A program made the translations under genes and the position numbers. Below the pieces are notes generated by a model that saw only the letters and a list, made by a program, of their open reading frames with translations, did not search any database and was not told the origin of the DNA. Of a stretch of 64,000 nt of DNA, positions 39,063 to 58,772 are shown in pieces; position 1 is the first letter of the stretch; every line of letters starts with the position of its first letter. The stretch is from contig NC_134035.1 of NCBI RefSeq assembly GCF_964204645.1, positions 1,860,001-1,924,000 on the forward strand, read 5' to 3'. The DNA is from Tubulanus polymorphus (lineage: Eukaryota; Animalia; Nemertea).

Positions 39063-40613
39063 TCAATCCGTCTTGATTTTCGCTTTTTTATTTGTGCACC
39101 TTTTAATTCGAACGCAGATACTCGATGTTAGAATGACGCATACCGCCGTTAACAGCACTCCTAATACGACAATATCAACCATCAATATTTCAAACATAGA
39201 CAATTCATCTTGCGAAAATTCGAATTGTTTCGGGCCGTATTTCACGATCTGTTCTATAACGTGTACGATTCGATTTACCGGTTCGACTAGAAAATCTTTG
39301 CGTATTTTCGAAGCCGTTTCGATGTTTTGTTCGTAAGATTTATCGCCCAGGACGCTTCTGATTTTATTGACAATATCGTAAACGGCTCCCGGTCGTCGAA
39401 TATCGACGGTTAGGCCGAATTTTTTATGATGTAGACGCTGGCAGTTGTACGGTTGGTCGCCGGTTATCGGGTTTCCTATCATCGGTACCCCGTGGTACAG
39501 TGCCTCGTACATACCGTTATTGCCGCAGTGTGTTACGAAAAGCTTTACGTTAGGATGCCCCAATAGATCGTTCTGTCCGATCCACGTATCGTTGTATACG
39601 TTTTCCGACAATCTAACCAACGACGCCGACATGTCGACCTTCCAAACGAACGATAGCTCCTTCATTCGTACGAAAACGGCCGCGAAATCTCTCGCCAGAT
39701 TCTCCGGTAAACGGTCGATTTTCGTACCGAACGACACGAGCACGACGCCCCGTTCGGCGGCCTCGACGAATCGGCGCAGACGGTCGGGTAACGGTCGCGC
39801 CGGTCGAGGCGTCAGTCCCCCAATCCAGAAAACATTCGGCGTGCGAATGCGTTTCGCGTCTAAAAGTCCATCGGCCTCGATAAACCAAACCTTGGTCACT
39901 CTACGCGCTATATCCATCGATTCTCGATCGTAAAACAACCACGAAAATATCTGAATCATGAAGTATTCGGATAGATTCTTTATCCGTTCGCGAAAATTCC
40001 ACCGGTCGCTGCCGCCTGACATGAAAGTTTTAGTAATCGATGGCAGACGCGTAACTGGCGGCATCCAGGGCCAGGTCTGAACGGAGGTCAGACCGGCCAC
40101 GGGCGCGCCCAGTTTTTCGGCAATTTTGTACAGGCATAACGACGGCCCGAACGAATCTAACAAAATCGCGTCGAAGCGAATGGCTTCCAATCGTTTCAAC
40201 AACGAATCGCCGCTCGCTTCTAAATCTCTGCATTGCGGTGAACTGACCTCTCGGAATAGTTTAACCTCCTCATCAGTACCGGCGAAATTGACGTAATTCT
40301 CGACCGTTTTTCTTCTCAAATACGTATCGTTAAACGGATTATTACAACTCGATTCGTATCGGATGAAAGTGGTGACCGAATCGCGTATAATGCTCGGTAT
40401 AGGAACGGCTGTTTCTGGTAATACCATATACACGCTGTGACCACGTCGAGTTAACTCTGCAGCTATAGGCTCCATTTCTATTATATGACTGTACCATAGC
40501 GACGGTAGCAAGAGAATCTTACCGCTTCCATCGCCGTGAAGAGCGTGGCCGTATCGCGATACTATAGACACGCTGAGTATTACCCAAACTGGTAAAGCTA
40601 ATTTGAGAAACAT
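39063..40613 (-). CDS. UDP-glycosyltransferase (UGT family 1, ER membrane type), intronless
   Basis: First ATG at 40613 (MFLKLALP..., signal peptide). Catalytic His in WYSH; UGT signature WIGQNDLLGHPNVKLFVTHCGNNGMYEALYHGVPMIGNPITGDQ; C-terminal TM helix and KxKxx ER-retrieval tail (KIKTD); AATAAA about 20 nt after the stop. Confidence 0.95.
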   Translation of the reverse strand: MFLKLALPVWVILSVSIVSRYGHALHGDGSGKILLLPSLWYSHIIEMEPIAAELTRRGHSVYMVLPETAVPIPSIIRDSVTTFIRYESSCNNPFNDTYLRRKTVENYVNFAGTDEEVKLFREVSSPQCRDLEASGDSLLKRLEAIRFDAILLDSFGPSLCLYKIAEKLGAPVAGLTSVQTWPWMPPVTRLPSITKTFMSGGSDRWNFRERIKNLSEYFMIQIFSWLFYDRESMDIARRVTKVWFIEADGLLDAKRIRTPNVFWIGGLTPRPARPLPDRLRRFVEAAERGVVLVSFGTKIDRLPENLARDFAAVFVRMKELSFVWKVDMSASLVRLSENVYNDTWIGQNDLLGHPNVKLFVTHCGNNGMYEALYHGVPMIGNPITGDQPYNCQRLHHKKFGLTVDIRRPGAVYDIVNKIRSVLGDKSYEQNIETASKIRKDFLVEPVNRIVHVIEQIVKYGPKQFEFSQDELSMFEILMVDIVVLGVLLTAVCVILTSSICVRIKRCTNKKAKIKTD

Positions 40614-42203
40614 TTTCTTTGCGCAATCTAGCCAACTACAAATACCTAGAAAACGGAACAATGAACAGATTATGATCCTAGATGACGTATAGAATAGTTT
40701 AGCTTTTTTAAAAGAATACCTGCCAATTCAATATCTTAAAACTATTAAAGAAAAGATACAATTCAGATATTATCCGTAAAATGTCCGGTTTGTGATTCCA
40801 AATTACCTTTGTAGCCAATTGATTCCTACGTTCATACGATTCAATTAGCGTTAACCGCAATATATCTACGCACAATTATATATACAACTTGTGTATAATG
40901 TTTCTTACTTATAGATATTTCAGTTACTGTGTTTTAATGATAATGAACTGAGTTGTTGTTGAAATTGACAATGTTCAAGTACGTCCGTATATCATACGCC
41001 CGTATAAATGTACCAAAATAATGACCCGATCTGCCGACCTTTTATCAAAAACGTTATCGCAATTCGTGCGCACTTAATTTACTTCAAACGAATAAAAACT
41101 ACTTTTGATTTTGTTTTATATTATGTTACGCGCAGACGTAGGTCCGGAAGAGGTCTTCACCTGGTTTTTTGTTTCTTTTGTGAACATCAATGAATCATAT
41201 GGAGAAATTGCAGCTACAACAAACGTTGATAAACGAACGTAACATAGATTTATTTTTTTAACGTTTCCGGATTTTTACTAAACCGCATTGGCAGAGAAAC
41301 GATTGTAATCTCTGTAATTAGTAGATTTAGTTCAAATCGCTGACAATTCCCTCGTTAACCTCGACGCGTGGACCTCGCCTTCATCAACTGCACCAGGACT
41401 GTCAACGTGTGCCGTGAAAAGTTCCCTAAACACGCGTTACATTTGAAACTCTTACAATTCTACAACAGACCATGTACCATGAAACGATTTAGAGTCCACG
41501 AACGGACACATCTTCAATAGACGACAATATGAACTTCATCGCGATACCGTCCTGCTGCCACCTGAACAGCAACCCACCAGCTACTTCAGTCTACCTAAAC
41601 CGAAAGTGGGAACAATAAATTTACATATTATCAATTGTGGGCTCATTTATCGACTTCAGGAATCGAGCAGTATACCTCAGTCTCTATCGTACCAGTCATA
41701 TATATTCTAAACGGTATTCGCATCCCCGACTTATATACACAATTCGCTAACGCGGCGATACGAGAAATCTCCGGCTTGAAACGGCTCGTAAAAAACCGGG
41801 CGCAGATTTCCTCGAATTCAACGCGAATTGTTTATCTAACTTTTCAGCCGCTACTGTGTTGGCTAATTAAGATGAAAAAATAACATTGATCGAATTTTTG
41901 GCGCTTATCATCTGGGTGATAAGACGGCTAATGAAATCATGTCGTGCGCGCGCGCGGCGCTACTATACACACACCACACACACTAACACTGTTCTAAAAC
42001 AAGGACGATCGAACCGAAGACATCGAGTTGACCTAAAGAATGGCGTTTGATAACGGGCCGAAATTCGATATAAGCGTTTATAATTAATCACTGATCGAAT
42101 TGTGCGCAGTGTCGTATGATTTCATGTGTAAACTCTGACAGTCGGAATGAGTTTTATATGCGCGTACGCGTCATAAACAGATCATTGCGCAATCGTTTTG
42201 CGG

Positions 42204-52024
<9,821 letters not shown>

Positions 52025-52111
52025 ACGATGGTAACGCGACGGTCGGTCGGTCGGCACGTTTCCATTGGACGTATTCCTGTTTTCGGAATATAGAAATTCT
52101 ATATTTCAAAC

Positions 52112-52362
52112 TCTCTACTGGGGCCGCTTCTATCAGGTTTACGGACTATGCTATTCCGGAATAGGTATCGTATTCTGGTCGAAACAAACGCGCCGCCAGA
52201 AAAGTATTCCGGAATCGGTAGACACCACCAGTCGAAAACACTAAACTCTACTGGCCACTTCTATCTGGTTTAGAGATAATGCTATTCCGCAATAAGCAGA
52301 GCGTGATTCTGGTCGAAAAGAACAACGCGCTCGAAAAGAATTCCAAAATCGGTAAAGACCAA
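52112..52362 (+). repeat. Diverged ~130-bp tandem duplication in the MYRF 3' UTR
   Basis: ctctactgg..cttctatc.ggttta...tgctattccg...attctggtcgaaa...aacgcgc...attcc..aatcggta occurs twice. Confidence 0.65.
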
Positions 52363-53210
52363 TCGAAATCTGTCTAAACAACATATCAAGGGGCCGTCTC
52401 ACAGAACTATACTTCAACAAATGAAATTAATTGCCTTTGAAATGAAATGTGAAATTCTGAAGTTCTAGTACTGTGAAATGGCCCCCGGTTCTAACAAACC
52501 CTTGTTTATATCTAACGAATCGTATTTTCTTGTACATATTCTAATGAATAATTAAAGAACACGTTAAGCTAGAAAATAACCACACGGCTTTGGGTTTTCA
52601 TCTGATTATGAGTCTTCACTACAATGGCTTTTGTTTTCCTTGGTCTTTCCCTAGAATATTTTGAAAGATTGATGCATTTAGATGGAATTTCCTGCATCCA
52701 GAAAAAAAGAGTTCTTGTGTTATTTCTGACATTTTCCTAATTTTTGCTGATTCTATCAACCAGTTGTTTTCAGCACAACCTCAAATTTCTTTCTAATCAA
52801 TTCGCAACTCTGTAGCCTGAATCAACTATAAGTAGTACTATTCAGAGTCGTATTTGAGTTTGAATAACTGATATATACCTAATATATATATATCGCCCAT
52901 TGATCGAATTAGAGTGGATACTACGATGCCACGAATAAACAAAGTTTCAATATTACTTGAATAATCGACGCTTGAATTAGAAATCCAATAGGAAATTGCC
53001 TCTATTACGATTAGATTTTCTCAAGACGAAATCTTTCCGTTTCGAATGTACCAAAATATCTCCAGTTATTGGATCGATTTTGAAGGCAATTTCGTCCGAA
53101 ACGAATCCGAATAAGAAATAATCGATTGCACAATTTCCATATCATAATAACCGGTAAAAAGATGTTTCCCCACAACACAGTCTGGTGGTGTCGTCGAAGC
53201 TTAGAAAACG

Positions 53211-54170
53211 ATGGACAACGGATCCGAAAGTTTGACCATCGATTTGGTGAAATCTTACAGCGCCGGGTTCGTCAGCTCGATGACGTCGACGTCGACTCTA
53301 AATCGCCGGCTTTATTTCTATTTGTACGTCGTATTTTTACCGCTCGGTTTCGCCGGTAATTTTCTATCGTTCGTCTTGATGGTTCTGTCGAAACAGATGC
53401 GCGCCACGTCCTATTCGATATACCTGGCCCAGTTGGCCGTATTCGATACGATATCTTTATCGTACTATCTACTCGGCTGGTTGAACGTTCTCGGTTACTA
53501 TCTATCGCTGGACGAAGCCATCGTGACGTTCGAGTCGTCGATACGGTGCAAACTCGTGGAGATATTTCACGATATGGGCGTCGAAGGCGGTCACTTCACC
53601 GTGGTCATCATTGCCATCGAACGAGTGTTCGTCGTCGGGTTCCCCTTTCGCGCCAAACGACTCTGCACCAGAAAACATTCGAAAGTCGTCTGCGGATGTT
53701 GTACGACTTACGTCATCGGCGAATCGATATGGCGCGGAACGGTGCCCAAATATCGGCCGGATTTCGGTTGTTATTTCAACGCGGAAGACGTTCCCTTGGA
53801 TTACTTTCACGGCCTGACGATGTATATGCTGTTACCGGTGGCGATCGTTTTTATTTGTAACGCCATAATCGCTAAAATCACGTTCCTCAGCAGTAACGCG
53901 TTCGACGCTGCTAGCGATCACAAACGCGCCCAAACGATGAAAGTAACGCTGACTTTATTCGTTATTTCGATGACGTTTTTACTATTCAGCGTACCGTTGT
54001 GCGTCCCGTTGATTATTCTGGGTGCGGGTCTGGGTGACAAGCAGCAACTGTACGCCCTATCCGACACAACTACAATCATACTCGGCCTCAACTACGGGGT
54101 CAACTTTTATTTGTACATTCTTACGGGAAAACAAATCCGCGCCGCCTTATCACAACTTTTCTGCGGTTAG
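53211..54170 (+). CDS. Orphan rhodopsin-family (class A) GPCR, intronless, peptide-receptor-like
   Basis: 319 aa with seven hydrophobic segments. TM1 GN, TM2 LAVFD, TM3 Cys and IERV, PF in ICL2, TM5 LP, TM6 FSVP, TM7 NFYLY, and an N-terminal NGS sequon. Confidence 0.9.
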   Translation: MDNGSESLTIDLVKSYSAGFVSSMTSTSTLNRRLYFYLYVVFLPLGFAGNFLSFVLMVLSKQMRATSYSIYLAQLAVFDTISLSYYLLGWLNVLGYYLSLDEAIVTFESSIRCKLVEIFHDMGVEGGHFTVVIIAIERVFVVGFPFRAKRLCTRKHSKVVCGCCTTYVIGESIWRGTVPKYRPDFGCYFNAEDVPLDYFHGLTMYMLLPVAIVFICNAIIAKITFLSSNAFDAASDHKRAQTMKVTLTLFVISMTFLLFSVPLCVPLIILGAGLGDKQQLYALSDTTTIILGLNYGVNFYLYILTGKQIRAALSQLFCG

Positions 54171-54503
54171 TTCTTTTCTTAAATGGAAAAATATTTTTCG
54201 GCGCGCAAAATTTTTCAGAAGGTTCGAATAGAAATCCCCAGAAATTCCATTAAAGGTCGTCGACAAAAATTGGCTTCGATTTCTGACGAAACAACTAAGT
54301 GTAGAGCAAAAATAGAATCACGTGAATAACATTACACTACACGGCTAAGAGGTTTTTGAAATGAATTTTCTCTGAACTGAATGACACTCGAATAGTCTGT
54401 CTGGAACATAACAAAATCCTATAGCGAACTTTATATACTCTCTAACTAAAAACGGTGTAACGCACAAGTCCAAAGTTGTGGCATCTTACGCCAGCGAGCG
54501 AAT

Positions 54504-56430
54504 ATGCGACGCCAACATCTCTGTGTCGTAATTGGCTTGATAGTCGTTACAATCTCATCACTTGGGAATTTCAAAAAAGGTACGTCCGCTTTCGGATCCA
54601 TATTGCCACGATGGAAGAAAGTTTTAACAAAGCGTAAAAGTTCTGTTGAAATAGTAAAGAATATCATCAAGCTAATGACTACCACAAAACTCAATCAGTT
54701 GATTCGGAACTGTGTGCATATACGTAATCTATGTAATTTCAACGAGTTCAATTCTTATTCATTAATGTATGAATTTTCTACATATATCTGAAGCTATAGA
54801 GATTGTGATCACCAAAACGAACAAAAAGTGTTTCCTGCCGTTTAGATACAACGGTACGTTATACACTGATTGTATACCAGGGGGCGCTGGTAATCTGTCT
54901 TGGTGCAGTTGGACTCCTTTCTATTCCGACACTACGTGGGACTACTGCCCACCAACGCGTTCCAGTAAGTGTGCAAAATATTGCCAATGAAATTTTCCTG
55001 CTTACATTTTCATAGAAAAAAAAACTGTGGGAAATCGCTACTCCACCCCTCCTATTTTAAAAGATTTTCTGAACGAGCCCCTAAGCTTATACACCGAGTA
55101 AGCCACGACCGACCCCCCCCCCTTCTAATCCTGGATCCATCGCTGTTAAATGTTAACTTGTGTGTACAGTTTTAATGCTCAAGTTTCAAAGTTTATTTTG
55201 CTCCATATCTTACAAAAGAAATTGAGCACAGACAATTCTGTCATAGAACACACATTACAAGGTGGCCAAAAGTCAGTGATGAATATATTCTTTTGAAAAT
55301 TGACTAAATTATGACGTTCAAATTTTTCAATTGCAGACGAAAAGGTGATGACGAATCGGCGGAAGCTGTGTTATTTACCGTTTCACTATCGCGGACGAAT
55401 ACGTCACAAGTGCGTGCCGGGTAACGGCCGTTTCCCGTGGTGCAGTTTTCAGCCGTTTTTCGTCGACGGTTCGAAAAACTGGGGTTACTGTTGGAAAAAA
55501 CGTAATGGTCAGTATTGAAAAAAGAAACAAAGGCGATTTTCTGATACCGCAGGTTGAAACGGCTCGTGAAAATGTCTCTGATCTGGTCGGAATCAGGATT
55601 GATCAAAGCTACGCATAAACATATAAACATCTTTTTTTATTTCTGTCCAATTTTTAGGTAGAATCATCGAAACGGACAAAGGAATTAATTGTTATTTGCC
55701 ATTTTACTACGAAGGAGTTTATTACGAGCAATGCACGAGTTTTCGTCACGATCGACCCTGGTGCGGTATTGATGGAGTCGTAGGAAGGTGGGCAAACTGT
55801 CTGTATAAAAAAAACAATTCTACAAATAATACCCAAGCTGGAGATAATGGTCAAGCCGGCAATAATGGTGCAAATAATGGTCAAGCCGGCAACAATGGTG
55901 CAAATAATGGTCAAGTCGGCAACAATGGTGCAAATAATGGTCAAGCCGGCAACAATGGTGCAAATAATGGTCAAGCCGGCAACAATGGTGCAAATAATGG
56001 TCAAGCCGGCAACAATGGTGCAAATAATGGTCAAGCCGGCAATAATGGTGCAAATAATGGTCAAGCCGGCAACAATGGTGCAAATAATGGTCAAGCCGGC
56101 AACAATGGTGCAAATAATGGTCAAGCCGGCAACAATGGTGCAAATAATGGTCAAGCCGGCAACAATGGTGCAAATAATGGTCAAGCCGGCAATAATGGTG
56201 CAAATATTGGTCAAGCCAGCAACAATGGTGCAAATAATGGTCAAGCTGGTAACAAGGGTGCAAATAATGGTCAAGCCACCAATAATGGTGCAAATAATGG
56301 TCAAACTGGTAACAATGGTGCAAATAATGGTCAAGCCGTCAATAATGGTGCAAATAATGGTCAAACAACAAGGGGAAATGGCGGTAGAGCCTGGATTCCA
56401 GGAGGGTTTTCCGGGAAAGTTGTTGGCTAG
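54504..56430 (+). CDS. Secreted protein: signal peptide + 3 fibronectin type II domains + (NNGANNGQAG)17, ~396 aa
   Basis: Exons 54504-54579, 54794-54964, 55337-55507 and 55658-56430, with all introns phase 1. Each module fits C-x2-PF-x-Y-x-G-x2-(Y/R)-x2-C...WC...W-x2-C: CFLPFRYNGTLYTDC..WC..WDYC, CYLPFHYRGRIRHKC..WC..WGYC, CYLPFYYEGVYYEQC..WC..WANC. Confidence 0.85.
55861..56370 (+). repeat. Coding 30-bp tandem repeat, 17 copies
   Basis: Unit aa(c/t)aatggtgcaaataatggtcaagccggc. Confidence 0.97.
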
Positions 56431-58479
56431 AAACCGTTCGTGAAAACACTAGCCTCAGTACCTTCCACTAATTTGTAAAGGGTCTTAAGGCACTGTAAAT
56501 ACTGATCCAAATTAAAAACGATACAGGTATACTGATTCAAAACGCCAATCAATAGAAATTACTTCGCTGTCTTCCAATGCCCAACATGGTCCAATGAAAG
56601 GTCCTTAAATCTCATCCCACGATTCGAATCAGTAGAATCCGAGGTGACGGTCGAATGAGCGAAAAAGGGGTAGCTCCGATAATATTTAAATCGCCAGCAC
56701 TGTAAATTGTATTTCATTTTATAGACTGGTTTACCGGTCTCTATCTTCGCATATTGAATGGGACAGGCAACCAGTCTAATCATTTTACATAAAAATAGGC
56801 TGATGCATTCCACTATTTCTCCACCTCTGATCGTATACATTTTCCTGAGGCTTTAGGTACCAAAAATGTACGGTGTGGGGGAAATATTTTCGAGTTAAAG
56901 ACAGTAATCATATTCAATAAAACGAATCTTTGGTACAGTTAAAGCAGACGGTGATTTGACTCGCGAATATATTATGCGTTGATCGGAGAATGTCTGACTG
57001 TCGTCGTTTCCACACCAGTCTCGATAAAATTTTCCACTTACAGCGTCCACAACTCTCATGTTCGTTATCTTATCAAATACAGGTAGTGATTTACATGCAT
57101 ACCAAACTGTATACGTGTCGCCACGATTTATTAATAGTCGCATTATGAACAATAATGCGCGCGATTCAAGTTGTTGAACTTCGTTCAAATATTTCCGATT
57201 TCGCACTTAATAATTTTTGTTACTGGTTCGATAAACTAAGGTTGTTATATTTCATTTTTTTGGTACAAGTATCTCTTCCACATTTCTGATCAAAACCAGG
57301 TCATAATGATAGATAATCAAGCATCGTTTGGTTCATTAACGAGGCTGCCAGTACTCAATGACATTGTTTGCTGTAACTTCTGAAAAATATGAAAGTTTAT
57401 GTCTATACTATTATGTACATTGTAGCTTATTATAGATTATCGAATTATTAATCTATTATCATTTAGTTCATTAACTAGGCTGTTGCATTGTAGTCGTTTT
57501 CTTCAAGTATGTCCCTTTTTTCAAAGCCTGAACTATAAATTCATACCTAGATACTTCTGTTCTTGCGATACCCCGATGTAAATAACCTATACATAACCTT
57601 CTCTGTTCTAGTGGTGAAACTTTGCTCAATCTGGCGCGATATTCATCAAAAAAGGTATCAAATCATTTACATATAACACCATAAATGACTGTTGTGTATT
57701 GTTGCTGTTTGTTCTATAACTGATCAGATCTCGATGCTACGATTCCGCTATATTGTACTTCATTGTAATTTTTGGGTTTTTTGTTCTGTGTAATAAAATA
57801 TACTGACTGAGACAGGACGCTGCAAATTATTTGACATTTTTAGTTTGTTCGTATATATTTCATTATGTATATATCAAGTGTATGTCCTCGATCTATGCAA
57901 CTGAATTGTGATTATCCGACCGCTTCACGCCGGTATCCCACGCCGGTGTTGAGACTCGATGATCACATGTCCCCGCGTTAAATCTTCACCTGTTGACGCG
58001 TTTTTCAGTCATTTAAAAATGTGTTATAACATTCATACACTCATTTTGACACCCAGCCAATTGCGACGAATAAAACAGGTAATGATATAATACGATATTT
58101 TCCCCCTACGCACTTGGCTTACGAAATCACACACACACGAAATTTCCCGGCGACAGAAACTCAAAATCGAACGCGTTCGGTTTCAGTTCTAAAAAATCAG
58201 TTTTAAAGCGATATTTCTTTTTAACATCAACCGTGTGATCGACAACTGCGTGTAAAACCTCACGTAAAACTGCGACAGTCGATACTGAAGTTTATCAAGT
58301 GTTAGATAGCGAACTCGACAACGCGCCACGCACGTAGACTGATATAGAAATTAATGTCCAACGCCGACTGTGCTAATACTAAAACTAATCCGACGACAAC
58401 GTGGTTCTCTGTGTTGTGTATTGTGCAGCGTTCATGGTTTCTCTGTTCGACGCGTGTAGCGTTCTCAGCATCATTATCT

Positions 58480-58772
58480 ATGCAGGAGCTAGAACTGAGT
58501 GGAGAGAGAGAGAAGATGGCCGATGATACGGGTATATTCTGTCAGTTAGGATGGATGTCAGCTTTGTATATAGTCGCGATGAATACCGGCGAACTTTACG
58601 TTCTTCCTCGGCACTGACGAAAATCTACGTCTTCCAAACATGTTGACTATGAACGGATTAATAAACCGTCTGCTGGGATTGTTGGAAATGCCGTTTTCCG
58701 AAAGACACATCATAATAACCCTGGTTTTACAGGGGGAAAAGACCTACGTTCGCGTTGACCTTGAGGAAAATG
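58480..58772 (+). other. Putative first exon of an unidentified downstream gene, uORF-rich
   Basis: CpG-richer region at 57900-58450, a YY1-like AAGATGGC at 58513, several short ATG ORFs, and a strong donor ATG|GTAAGT at 58772. No downstream coding exon was recognised in the window. Confidence 0.35.

Noticed and set aside
39445-39933. 162-aa ORF antisense to the UGT, and similar shadow ORFs over the GPCR and exons
   Set aside because: They are shadows of CpG-rich coding sequence with no independent features.
40614-40661. N-terminal extension of the UGT ORF
   Set aside because: It begins at TTG. The first ATG (40613) directly precedes the signal peptide.
55654-56443. Three other long ORFs over the 30-bp repeat (TIICTIVAGL, HHCCRLDHYL and MVQIMVKPAT frames)
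   Set aside because: They are by-products of a stop-free repeat. Only the NNGANNGQAG frame continues the FN2 exon, and the common variants are synonymous in that frame.
58600-58625. Possible antizyme-type frameshift or selenocysteine readthrough at CAC TGA
   Set aside because: There is no UCC UGA context, no antizyme similarity in the shifted frame and no recognisable selenoprotein motif.
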